From the NCBI GenBank assembly GCA_014378465.1, contig JACMNQ010000057.1, positions 134,103 to 198,102 on the forward strand: 64,000 nucleotides of DNA, in the 5' to 3' direction. The position numbers were made by a program, and so were the translations under genes. The stretch's first letter is position 1. Each line of letters starts with the position of its first letter. Source of the stretch: Oligoflexia bacterium. GTDB taxonomy: Bacteria; Bdellovibrionota; UBA1018. Below the pieces are notes generated by a model, which searched no databases, was not told where the DNA came from, and was given only the letters and a program-made list of their open reading frames with translations. Shown here one piece after another: positions 10,048 through 19,461 of the stretch.

Positions 10048-11169
10048 ATGAAAGCTGAGATTCTCGGTACGACTTCGAAAGCAATTGCAAAAGCCGCTGC
10101 ACTTCTCCAGGCTGGCGAAGTCGTGGGGATGCCGACCGAAACCGTGTATGGACTTGCGGGCTGCGCTTTCAATTCGTCCGCTCTCGCAAAGATCTTTGAA
10201 ACCAAGGAACGTCCCACTTTCGATCCGTTGATCTGTCATGTGGATGCGAGCGTTCAAAACCTCGCGGATCTCGAAGCCATCGGTCTTGTGAACCCGGCCG
10301 CACTCTCCCGAGTTGCACAAGCCCGAGTTGAATCGTTGATGTACCGATTCTGGCCTGGCCCTCTCACTCTGGTACTGCCACGACATGCTCGAGTGCCGGA
10401 TCTCGTCACCGGAGGACTGGACACGGTCGGAGTTCGCATGCCTCGGCATTCAGCCGCGCAAGCGCTCATCGCTGCGGCCGGATTTCCGCTCGCAGCGCCG
10501 AGTGCCAATCGCTTCGGGCGAATCAGTCCGACGACCGCGCAAGCGGTCTTTTCAGAACTCGGAGACCGGATCCCGATGATTCTGGATGGGGGTGCCTGTG
10601 AAGTAGGACTCGAATCCACCGTACTTCTGGTGAATGCGGAAGGTGAGCTCACTCTCCTGCGCCCAGGCGGAATCTCGGAAACCCAGATCGAAGAAGTCGC
10701 TCATGCTTCCGTCATACGCGCGACCTCCCCCGACGCAGCCTTGAAGAAATCGGCCGAGCTTGCTCCCGGAATGCTCGACAGCCACTACGCTCCTTCAAAA
10801 AAACTGTATCAACTTGAAGCTTCGGTCAGTGAATTGAACAAGCTTGAAGTTGTCGGTTTGGAAACCGCTGCACTCCCTGAATCGCTCGGCCTCCTGATGC
10901 TCTCTGGAAGCGCATTCGAAGGAACTTCGAAATTTGAAGCCCTGACTGGTCGGAAAGTGATTGCTTTCACACTCAGCGAATCCGGCAACTGGTCTGAAGC
11001 TGCCCAGAACCTGTTTTCCACTTTACGCCGACTCGATGAATCGCCCGCCCTGGTTCTCTTCTGCGAACCGTGCCTGGAGACAACCGGGATCGGCCATGCG
11101 ATCGCCGACCGACTGAAACGTGCTAGCCACGGCAGCAAGCAGGTCGCTGAAGTCGCTCACAACAGGTGA
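10048..11169 (+). CDS. sua5: L-threonylcarbamoyladenylate synthase, Sua5 type
   Basis: PTETVYGL, K.RP..DPLI, FWPGPLT, AAPSANRFG.ISPT and the PGM..SHYAP Sua5 linker. Confidence 0.95.
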   Translation: MKAEILGTTSKAIAKAAALLQAGEVVGMPTETVYGLAGCAFNSSALAKIFETKERPTFDPLICHVDASVQNLADLEAIGLVNPAALSRVAQARVESLMYRFWPGPLTLVLPRHARVPDLVTGGLDTVGVRMPRHSAAQALIAAAGFPLAAPSANRFGRISPTTAQAVFSELGDRIPMILDGGACEVGLESTVLLVNAEGELTLLRPGGISETQIEEVAHASVIRATSPDAALKKSAELAPGMLDSHYAPSKKLYQLEASVSELNKLEVVGLETAALPESLGLLMLSGSAFEGTSKFEALTGRKVIAFTLSESGNWSEAAQNLFSTLRRLDESPALVLFCEPCLETTGIGHAIADRLKRASHGSKQVAEVAHNR

Positions 11170-11339
11170 TGGCTCTCGACTGGGCAATGACCTCCTCTTG
11201 AAAGGCTTTGTCGGGTTTCTTCCGACAAACGCCTCCGTCGCCAATACTCATTTTGTTCGATTTTCAGCCGATTCATGCCGCTCCAGGCGTACTTTGAGAT
11301 TCGACTGCCGGTTCGGGAATGGATGAAACACGGCTCTGC

Positions 11340-11614
11340 TCTGCTCAATTGAGTTTTGAGCACTCGTTCTCATTCCTCTCGAGATCGTGCTTGAGGCAGA
11401 CGAAGTCCCCTTTCCAGATCACTGAGGTGAGAACGCTGAATGCCGACAAGTTTGGCCAATTGAATTTGGGTCATTCTCAGTTCCAGTCGCTTCGAATTTC
11501 ATACCCTGATGCGCCGGTCGACGTACTCACGGGTCGAATTTGAGTGACCGGAACGCCCCTTCTGATCATGCGACCATTCCAAATCCAGCCGTCACGACGG
11601 TTTTCAGCTTTCAT
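11340..11614 (-). pseudogene. Degraded XRE-family HTH gene
   Basis: Minus strand reads MKAEN...GYEIR, then after a frameshift RLELRMTQIQLAKLVGIQRSHLSDLERGLRLP, followed by an in-frame TGA; boundaries approximate. Confidence 0.65.
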
Positions 11615-11635
11615 GATCCCATGCTGAACCCAAGA

Positions 11636-12979
11636 TCATGCGAAATCCGCAATCTCCACAACTGTCCGAGATTTCAAGAGATGACTCTTTTTCCACCAGA
11701 TGAAGACGAGGGTCAGGGCGACCAGGGTAAGCCCCGAGGACAATCCCACCCAGAGTCCTTTCACTCCCCAGTGCAGTGAAAAGCAGAGGTAGACTCCCAC
11801 CGGAAGTCCCAGAGCCCAGTGACCCACCAGATTCACGTACATCGGTGAATGGGTGTCAGCGATGCCACGAAGCGCGCCGGTGCCGACGACTTGTGCGCCG
11901 TCGGACAACTGAAACAGTGCCACGACGAGAAGCAGGCTCTTCCCGACTTCAAGCACTTGCGAGTCCGTGGTGTAAATGGAGAGAATGGCATCCGGGAAAA
12001 GCAAAAGCATCACGGCTGAAAAAGCCATGAAGCCCACTCCGAGTGCAAAACCTCGCCAGCCGGTGATGCGAGCACCGCGAAAGTCATTCTTGCCCATGTG
12101 CTGGCCGACGAGAACTGCGGTGGCCGAACTGATCCCCATCGGCACCATGAACGTCATCGATGCGGTGTTGAGCACGATCTGATGAGCCGCGAGTTCAGAC
12201 GCGGTCAGTTTCGCGGCCAGCGTGGTGGAAGTCGCGAAGACGCCCACTTCGAACAGCATCTGAAGCGCAGAGGGAGTTCCGAGCCTGAGCAGAGTTTTCA
12301 TGAGGTCGCGCTCATATTGGAAAACCACTTTTTTGAAGTACTGATGGTGCTTCGCATCCCAGCGCCAGACGTAGATGGCCATCACGATCATCATGAAGCC
12401 TCGGGAAACGAATGTCGCCCAGGCCGATCCCACGGTCCCCAGTGCAGGCATGCCCCACTTGCCGAAGATCAGGGCGTAGTTGGCCAGGGCATTGAGGACA
12501 TTGGCGACGACCAGAATGACGAGAGCAGGACGCGCGATCCCGATGGCCTGAAGGTATTGTCTGAGTGCCGAGAAGACGAAGGTGGGCAGGAGGCTCCAGG
12601 CGATCACTTCCAGATAACCCTGAGTTTCGCTCAAGATCTGAGGATTGAAGCCGAAGACGGCCAAGTGGTGATTCAGAAAAAGCAGCATCACCGTCAATGG
12701 CACTGACATGATCACCGAAACGATCAACCCCTGATTGAGGACACGGTGACCCTCCTCCGTCTTTCCGGCCCCAAACGCATGGGAGATCGGGTAATCCATC
12801 CCGGTCAACAGCCCGATGCCGAAGATCATGAACCAGATGAAGATGGACGTTCCGACGCCCACGGCCCCGATCGCGGTCGGGCTCACGCGCCCGACGAAGA
12901 GAAGATCGACGAACCCCATGAGCATCAATCCCAGATAGGTCAGGACCACGGGAGTTGCGAGTTTCAACATGTTCTTCAT
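11636..12979 (-). CDS. MATE-family efflux transporter (NorM-like)
   Basis: About 12 TM; FVD..FVGR, ELAAHQI and FQLSDGAQV...GALRG..DT. Confidence 0.93.
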   Translation of the reverse strand: MKNMLKLATPVVLTYLGLMLMGFVDLLFVGRVSPTAIGAVGVGTSIFIWFMIFGIGLLTGMDYPISHAFGAGKTEEGHRVLNQGLIVSVIMSVPLTVMLLFLNHHLAVFGFNPQILSETQGYLEVIAWSLLPTFVFSALRQYLQAIGIARPALVILVVANVLNALANYALIFGKWGMPALGTVGSAWATFVSRGFMMIVMAIYVWRWDAKHHQYFKKVVFQYERDLMKTLLRLGTPSALQMLFEVGVFATSTTLAAKLTASELAAHQIVLNTASMTFMVPMGISSATAVLVGQHMGKNDFRGARITGWRGFALGVGFMAFSAVMLLLFPDAILSIYTTDSQVLEVGKSLLLVVALFQLSDGAQVVGTGALRGIADTHSPMYVNLVGHWALGLPVGVYLCFSLHWGVKGLWVGLSSGLTLVALTLVFIWWKKSHLLKSRTVVEIADFA

Positions 12980-13015
12980 AGTGGGGTTCTCAAAGGAGTG
13001 GATCTCGGGTGTGGA

Positions 13016-15034
13016 CTAGAGCAGATGTGAAAGTTCTTCCCAACGACTGAGCTTCGAATGAAGGTTCTTCTCCAGCGCCTTCTGTTCTTCGAGCAGCGCA
13101 TTGAGTTTCGCCTGGTCATCATAAACGGAGTCATCCGCGAGCAGATCGTGGATCACGGACTGACGACTTTCAGCCTGAGAGATCTCTTTTTCAATTTTGT
13201 CGCGTTCCTGTTCCCAGGCGCGGCGCTGATTGTTTGAAACAGCCGTTTTTTCCGAAACGGAAGCACTTGCAGAGCTGAACTGGGAAGCTGGAGCCGAGTT
13301 CAACTTCGAACTCGAAACAGGAGGGGCGACTTCTGGCATTGCCGCCAGGGAAGCCTTGGCAGGAGCCTTTTGCGGTCCTTTTTGCGCGGTCTTCTCGCGA
13401 GTCTCGAGGACCTTCTTCTGAAGGTAATCTTCATAGCCACCGAGAAGCGGAATCACGCGCGATCCACCCGGCGTCGGCTGAATCTCCAGCACGGAGTCCA
13501 CGAGCGGGGAAATGAATTCACGGTCATGCGAGACCAGACAAAGTGTTCCTTCATAGCCTCGAAGGGCGTCCAGCAAAACCCCGCGCGATTCGACATCCAG
13601 ATGATTGGTCGGCTCATCGAGAAGCAGAAAATTGGAAGGTGCGAGAAGAAGCTTTGCAAGCGCCACTCGCGCTTTTTCACCACCGGAAAGAACGCCGCAC
13701 TTCTTTTCGACCGTATCTCCCGAAAAGAGAAATGCGCCGGCAATCGCCCGAACCTGCGCAATTCCCATCTCGGGTGCAGTCTGCTCAAGCTCTTGAATGA
13801 TGGTCTTCTGAGAATCCAGGGTCTCGGCCTGCATCTGGGCATAGTAGCCCAGTTTGACGTTGTGGCCTTCCTTCACTTCCCCAGCTGCAGCTTCAATCCG
13901 ATGCCCGAGCAACTTCAGAAGTGTCGTCTTGCCGGCCCCGTTGACCCCGACGATCGCGACGCGAGCACCGCGCGGAATCACCCAGCTCAGATCCTTGAAG
14001 ATCGTCTTCTCCCCGAACCGCACACTGGCGTTCTTCAGCGTGAGCACTTCTTTTCCGCTCTGAATGGCCGGCGGAAACCGGAAGCGAACGTTGGAGCGCT
14101 CTTCCGGAAGCTCAATGAGGTCCATCTTTTCAATCTGTTTCACGCGGCTCTGCGCCTGACGCGCTTTCGTCGCCTTGGCGCCGAAGCGGTCCACGAACGA
14201 CTGAAGTTCCGCGATCTTCGCCTGCTGCCCGGCATGCTGCGCACGCAGCACGGTGAGCCGTTCGGACTTCTGAACCGCATAGGAGTCGAGATTGCCGCGG
14301 TAACTGAAGACTTTCTTTTGATCAATCTCGAGCACTTCAGTCACCATGCGGTTCAGAAAAGCCGTATCATGGCTGACCAGGAGCATGGCGCCGCGGTAGG
14401 ATTTCAGAAACTCCTCGAGCCAGAGGATGGATTCAAGATCCAGGTGATTGGTCGGTTCATCGAGCAGCAGGAGATCCGGATCCATGAGCAGGACCCGTGA
14501 AAGCGCCACACGCATGAGCCAGCCCCCGCTGAATTCCTTCAATGAACGATCGAAATCCTTCGGGGCAAAGCCCATCCCGGTCAGAATTTCCTTGGCCTTG
14601 GCTTCCAGACGGTACTCATCCAGCTGCTCAAGCTCCTCGAGAACCCGGCCATAACGTTCCAGGTCCTGCTGTTGTTCCTTCTCGGCAGCGTCAGTGGTGG
14701 TCTCGGACATGTGAGACAGCTTTTCTTCGAGCTCAATGCGCGCCTTGAGAAGACCCTCGCGTCGGCCATCAAGTCGCATGACTTCTTCAAGGATGGTGCG
14801 TCCTTCAAAACGGGGTACTTCCTGAGCCAGATGTCCGATCACCAGATGCTTCACTCGGGTGACATTTCCGGAATCCGCACTCTCCTGTCCGAGAATGATC
14901 TTGATCAGGGTGCTCTTCCCGGCCCCGTTGGGACCGATGAGCGCTACCCGCGAGCGATGATTGAGGTGAGCTTCGGCATTTTCAAAGAGGGTCTTTGAAC
15001 CATATTGTTTGGAGATATTGATGAGGTGGAGCAC
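13016..15034 (-). CDS. ABC-F family ATPase
   Basis: Two NBDs (GPNGAGKST/FSGGW/LLLDEPTNHLD and GVNGAGKTT/LSGGE), no TM segments, C-terminal coiled coil. Confidence 0.95.
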   Translation of the reverse strand: MLHLINISKQYGSKTLFENAEAHLNHRSRVALIGPNGAGKSTLIKIILGQESADSGNVTRVKHLVIGHLAQEVPRFEGRTILEEVMRLDGRREGLLKARIELEEKLSHMSETTTDAAEKEQQQDLERYGRVLEELEQLDEYRLEAKAKEILTGMGFAPKDFDRSLKEFSGGWLMRVALSRVLLMDPDLLLLDEPTNHLDLESILWLEEFLKSYRGAMLLVSHDTAFLNRMVTEVLEIDQKKVFSYRGNLDSYAVQKSERLTVLRAQHAGQQAKIAELQSFVDRFGAKATKARQAQSRVKQIEKMDLIELPEERSNVRFRFPPAIQSGKEVLTLKNASVRFGEKTIFKDLSWVIPRGARVAIVGVNGAGKTTLLKLLGHRIEAAAGEVKEGHNVKLGYYAQMQAETLDSQKTIIQELEQTAPEMGIAQVRAIAGAFLFSGDTVEKKCGVLSGGEKARVALAKLLLAPSNFLLLDEPTNHLDVESRGVLLDALRGYEGTLCLVSHDREFISPLVDSVLEIQPTPGGSRVIPLLGGYEDYLQKKVLETREKTAQKGPQKAPAKASLAAMPEVAPPVSSSKLNSAPASQFSSASASVSEKTAVSNNQRRAWEQERDKIEKEISQAESRQSVIHDLLADDSVYDDQAKLNALLEEQKALEKNLHSKLSRWEELSHLL

Positions 15035-15088
15035 ACCCCCACTCTAGCCGGAGACTGACCAAATGGGAATTGAGAACTGGGCGGTGAG

Positions 15089-15526
15089 TCAGACCTCTTG
15101 AAGGTGACTGCGGCCCTGAACATAGGAGAGCCACCGGGTGGCCGACTGGCCCCGAGCCCGAGTGCGAAGAGTCAGGTTGCCCAGGTAGCTCAGAGAGGCC
15201 TGGGTATAGACCGCTCTGCCCCGAATGCGATTGAGGGACACTCGGAGCTCCCCATCTTCGAAGCGCAAGTGAGAAAGAAAATCGGCAGGAGTCCAACCAT
15301 CGATTTCGGCGTATTCATCCGAAAGAGTATCTTCACCAGGGCCGGCTTCAAGAAACGCCAGGCTGGTCAGGAGAAACAGAATCGGGATGATGCTGGTTTC
15401 AGAACAATCCGGCAGATAAGCCCGCACTTCATGGACTCCGTCTCCCCCACGGGATTCGAGTACCTGGACCGTCTTGCCCATGCCTTCTTTGAGTAGTTTG
15501 AGTGTCGAAGCTTTTTCTGCGTTCAT
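15089..15526 (-). CDS. Hypothetical protein
   Basis: 145-aa ORF co-oriented with its neighbours, protein-like composition. Confidence 0.6.
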   Translation of the reverse strand: MNAEKASTLKLLKEGMGKTVQVLESRGGDGVHEVRAYLPDCSETSIIPILFLLTSLAFLEAGPGEDTLSDEYAEIDGWTPADFLSHLRFEDGELRVSLNRIRGRAVYTQASLSYLGNLTLRTRARGQSATRWLSYVQGRSHLQEV

Positions 15527-15611
15527 ATTTTTCTACAACTTAAGAATAAACTAAAAAAAACTGAGCGAGGGAGCGATATTTTGCTAATGCGTCGCATTTT
15601 CTTAGAATATC

Positions 15612-16550
15612 TTAGACGCCCAGCTTCAAAATCTTGATCGCCTTTTCCAGCTTCTGCGGATCGAACTGCCTGAACATCACCTGGTCAATCGTGGTGAGGG
15701 CCTTTCGTTGCCGCTCGACGAGGGTTCCCTGTCCATCAGCGACCAGTCCATCAAACGCATTTGCGATCACGACAATCCGCGCGAGGTCGTAAATTCCGCC
15801 ACCTTTGAGTTTCTTCGGATAGCCGGTTCCATCATTGAATTCATGGTGCTGCGCGATGATCAGCTTCACTTCGTTGGGAACTTTTCCTTCGGAATCGAGC
15901 AGCGCGATGCCCAGATCCACATGGGCTTTCATCTTCTCTTCCATCTTCTCCTTGGAATCGCTGTCCTCGATCTGCACTCTTGGTTTGCCGATATCATGAA
16001 GAAGTGCACCCGAACCGATGTGTTGAAGAATCAACTGGTGAGTATAGCCCATCTGCTGAGCCAGATAGACCGACAAAATACTGACATTCACCGAATGATC
16101 GACGGTTCCTTTGGAGTAACCTTGAAGCAGCGAAAGCGGCTTCACGGCGAACGGATACTTCATCACTTCATCCACCAGGCGTTTGCTCGACTCGAGAGTC
16201 TGCGCCACGATCTTGTCCGGATGGGAGGAGAGAAAGATGTCCATGGTCTTGCGATGAACATCGTCGCGGACCGCTCTGAACTTTTCGTCCTTGGCAGACA
16301 ACTTCAAAGGAACTTCTTCGGCAGCCCGCTGTGCGGACCATTGGGCGAACTTGCCTTTGTCCTCTTCGGCGATGAACAGCGTCTTGACCTTCCGGAACTC
16401 CAACCGGTCGTAGGTCATGCGGTCAATCGTGTCTCCTTCCGTGCGAAAGGTGATGAACCTGAAATTGATGAAAACATAGACGCTCGTCGGAAGCGGGTCT
16501 CCGACGACGACTTGATTGAGAAGAATCGAGAGGAAATTTTTGTCGGCCAC
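15612..16550 (-). CDS. HD-GYP domain protein
   Basis: DHSVNV, LLHDIGK and HHE..DGTGYP motifs. Confidence 0.9.
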   Translation of the reverse strand: MADKNFLSILLNQVVVGDPLPTSVYVFINFRFITFRTEGDTIDRMTYDRLEFRKVKTLFIAEEDKGKFAQWSAQRAAEEVPLKLSAKDEKFRAVRDDVHRKTMDIFLSSHPDKIVAQTLESSKRLVDEVMKYPFAVKPLSLLQGYSKGTVDHSVNVSILSVYLAQQMGYTHQLILQHIGSGALLHDIGKPRVQIEDSDSKEKMEEKMKAHVDLGIALLDSEGKVPNEVKLIIAQHHEFNDGTGYPKKLKGGGIYDLARIVVIANAFDGLVADGQGTLVERQRKALTTIDQVMFRQFDPQKLEKAIKILKLGV

Positions 16551-16611
16551 CTACCCAGTGTAGGCAGCCTCACAAAAACTGTCTAGTTCAGAGGTCACTT
16601 TGTTTCATCGC

Positions 16612-17111
16612 TCAAACTGCAATGAAGCGACAGTGAAGTGTCAAATTATTGGAGCTTCCAGACTTCAGTTCCGGAAACGTTTGCGTCACCGCCCGTGAAT
16701 GGCTCCCCGCTTGTAGATGAAGTAGCTGCTGCCGGTGCTGGATCCACAGGAGATGCGAGTCCCTTCGCAGGTGATCGACTTCACATCCCACTGGAGAGGG
16801 GTGGCGACGATGGGTGGACCAGGCAAGGAATCCAGCGCCCAGTTTCCCGATCAAATGCGACTGCGTGAAACTCGTGGCTTTTCGGTACTGTATTTCAAAG
16901 AAATTGGAGTCGCCCCGAAACCGGTATCCTTCGCAGTCCAGATGATATTGGTACCAACTCCCCCCGGGACTGTCTGACCTCCCGTCAGTGAAGTCAGGGC
17001 GGCATAGCGAGTGGTGCCTCCGACATCCACGGCAATGCGAGTGCCTGCGGAAGCATTTGCCGGCAATTGCCTCTGGAGTTGAGATCGAACTTTGAAATGA
17101 AGAGTGAGCAC
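16612..17111 (-). pseudogene. Possible remnant of a large secreted beta-rich protein
   Basis: Segment LTSLTGGQTVPGG..TNIIWTAKDTGFGATPISLKYST looks like an Ig-like surface module, then the frame breaks. Confidence 0.3.
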
Positions 17112-17574
17112 TGGAAGCGAATTGGATCCGTCACGAAGGAAGCACTCGCGCTTTGCGGTGTGCTCATTCTCTGCGTGCCCTCACTCGCAATTTCCGGAAT
17201 CATCGGAGGTCACCGGCGGTATGTCGTGAGAATGCCGTCAAACCGCTCGGCAATATTCAAAAGGAGCGGATCATCGTGAAATTCATCCCACCCCGCCACC
17301 AGTCGCAGCACCTCCGCCGCCTTCCAGGATTCCGAAAAGCAATCACTCTTCTACAGCCGGCGTCAGCCTTTCCTCAATCGGTTATTCCCAGACGGGACTC
17401 ACCCCTTTCAAGGAGTTCGCACTCACGGGCAAGGTTGGCGTACGCTGGGATTTTGCGGGCGGCATCTTTTTCACCGCTCTTCCGTTCGCGACCAACAGTC
17501 CGGAAAAAGTGACGCTTTCGTTCTTCGGCTTCAACGCGAGAACGGGCTATCCACTGCCTTGACTCAAACGCCCG

Positions 17575-17847
17575 TTGAAATCCACTTTCATGACCGGGAT
17601 CTGCATCACTTCAGCGGATGTGCTGTTGACCCACTTCTCCCATGAGGCCTTTGAAAAATGCACGCTTCCCCCCGTATTTCTCGAACCTGGAATTCGACAG
17701 GACCAGATCATGAAGCTTTTTCAACGCAGGCAGGGGCATCTGGCCATTGTGAAGGATCCCAAAACCCAAACCAACCTCGATATCGTGACAATGGAGGACG
17801 TATTGGTCAGCTTAGTCGCCGATATCTTTGATGAACATGGCAATTGA
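17575..17847 (+). pseudogene. C-terminal remnant of an HlyC/CorC (CNNM) CBS-domain protein
   Basis: FQRRQGHLAIVKD...IVTMEDVL..LVADIFDE; N-terminal part absent. Confidence 0.65.
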
Positions 17848-17873
17848 CAAGCTGCCGGAGTGCCGAGTATGTT
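17844..17873 (+). promoter_or_regulatory. Sigma70-type promoter for tRNA-Val
   Basis: TTGACA (17844-17849), 18-nt spacer, TATGTT; about 40 nt upstream of the tRNA. Confidence 0.6.
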
Positions 17874-17914
17874 CGCACCTGTTCCTCAGACCGCAAGTTC
17901 AGAGGACGCCATAT

Positions 17915-17989
17915 TGGAGTGTAGCTCAGTGGCAGAGCACGCCCTTCACACGGGCGGGGTCGTAGGTTCAACCCCTATCACTCCAACCA
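17915..17989 (+). tRNA. tRNA-Val (anticodon CAC)
   Basis: Cloverleaf: acceptor TGGAGTG/CACTCCA, D arm GCTC/GAGC, anticodon arm CGCCC-TTCACAC-GGGCG, T arm GTAGG-TTCAACC-CCTAT, discriminator A and encoded CCA. Confidence 0.97.
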
Positions 17990-17995
17990 TCAATG

Positions 17996-18031
17996 AAAAA
18001 GGTCAGCTAGCGAAAGCGAGCTGGCCTTTTT
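17996..18031. terminator. Bidirectional intrinsic terminator
   Basis: AAAAAGGTCAGCT-agcgaaagcg-AGCTGGCCTTTTT between the tRNA and a convergent gene. Confidence 0.8.
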
Positions 18032-18038
18032 CGCGTTC

Positions 18039-18512
18039 TCACTGCTTGCTCGGCTCGGTCGAATTATCGTTCCGCAGCTTTTCGTCCATTTCTTTACCTG
18101 AAAAGTAATCAGAGTAGGCCTGATGGAGACTGCGATCGTGTACTTCGCGAACCACGATTTCCTTTGCCGTCATCGGCGAATGGATTTTTCGAGTAATTGC
18201 GGGTAGCCGATGAAATACGACTAGCAAAACAAGAGCTGGAGCTAAAGCCACAAGCCATCTATTGACTGAAAAGCTCGCGCGAAACCTATTCCAAAACATT
18301 GATGCCCCGATATAGACCATTCCAAAGAACAGAATCGCGTCGGCAAGCACAGCAACAAGGAGAGCCGGAGACAGGCCGTGAGGATAGAAGTAAACCCGCC
18401 CATCTTGCCATTCTAAAAATGGCAAAGACACGAGCTCACAGAAGCCAACGAAGAAGAAAAACACTTGGTCCATGCTCAAGCAGGCACGCTTACTTTTAGC
18501 TTTTTCTCTCAT
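18039..18512 (-). CDS. Hypothetical membrane protein (3 TM), AT-richer than its flanks
   Basis: 157-aa ORF with three hydrophobic segments. Confidence 0.6.
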   Translation of the reverse strand: MREKAKSKRACLSMDQVFFFFVGFCELVSLPFLEWQDGRVYFYPHGLSPALLVAVLADAILFFGMVYIGASMFWNRFRASFSVNRWLVALAPALVLLVVFHRLPAITRKIHSPMTAKEIVVREVHDRSLHQAYSDYFSGKEMDEKLRNDNSTEPSKQ

Positions 18513-18600
18513 GCCGCTAGCTTCAGCAAAACTTCATTGATCACGGTTTGGTAGCAATCCGGCGTCGCCGGAACTGGGATCACCTGCTCCCAACGTCGTC

Positions 18601-18891
18601 ATGCTCGGTTTTCTCATCTGGCTTCAGGTCATGTATGTGACGATGGTTTATGGACCGATCGCAGCGTTTCTCGTGGAGCTCTTTCAAACCAGTATTCGCC
18701 ACACTTCGATGTTCCTGCCCTACGACATCAGTAACGGCGTTTTCGGTGGGATCGCTCCTCTCCTCGGAATCTATCTGATCGCGATCGCCTTCATGACTTT
18801 CGTGATCGGGTGCATTTTCGTGCCGGAAACCCATCACAAAAAGCTGTCAGATACCCATGAGGACTTGCCCCTGCAGAAGTCGGGCAACTGA
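18601..18891 (+). pseudogene. C-terminal remnant of an MHS-family MFS transporter
   Basis: VTMVYGPIAAFLVELF..SIRHTSM.LPY.I.NG.FGG and terminal VPET; only about 96 aa remain. Confidence 0.75.
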
Positions 18892-18922
18892 CGCGTTTTC
18901 AACGAGCGTGATCATGTAGTCA

Positions 18923-19459
18923 TCAGCCCTGGGTCCCTTCGACAAGGTCTTTCATCAGGGCTGCGCGCAAGCGTTCTCGCAGTCCTTCGGGATCCTTCAC
19001 CGGAAGGAAGAGCCCGCCGAGTCCGTCGTAGATCTGGTGGACCTCTTCAGAAGTGAGCTTCCTGTAATTCAGTTCAGTCCCCCAGGCGTTGCCCCATTGC
19101 TGACGCTTGAACTTGTAAGGCCACAAACGCCCAGTCTTCACTCCCCAGTACATCAACTTGGCGATTTCACAGGCTCCCGCTTCGCAAACACAGCCTTCCA
19201 ACTTCAGATCGGCGCGCTTCCGAGCCTGCAGGGTACCTCCGGCCCAGAATGTCAGATCATGCTCCACACAGCAGTCACGCCAGAGGTCCGGAGCCTGAGG
19301 GGTTCCATTGAAGAACAGGCTGCAGTAATCGGTGCCAAACGGATTCGGGGGTTCAGCGGCCGCACTGCTCGTCATGCCGCCAGGAATGCCGCCAGGAATG
19401 CCGATGAGCATGCCACTGGCGAGAACCGTGAAAAGCGTTTTCCGGACTGGATTTTTCAT
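18923..19459 (-). CDS. Secreted protein with a phospholipase A2-like CC..HD motif
   Basis: Signal peptide; TDYCS...WRDCCVEHDLTFWAGG...ADLKL..CV. Confidence 0.65.
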   Translation of the reverse strand: MKNPVRKTLFTVLASGMLIGIPGGIPGGMTSSAAAEPPNPFGTDYCSLFFNGTPQAPDLWRDCCVEHDLTFWAGGTLQARKRADLKLEGCVCEAGACEIAKLMYWGVKTGRLWPYKFKRQQWGNAWGTELNYRKLTSEEVHQIYDGLGGLFLPVKDPEGLRERLRAALMKDLVEGTQG

Positions 19460-19461
19460 TT

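Noticed and set aside
13370-14500. 376-aa plus-strand ORF
   Set aside because: Antisense shadow of the ABC-F gene
17860-18108. 82-aa ORF
   Set aside because: Overlaps the tRNA-Val and its terminator
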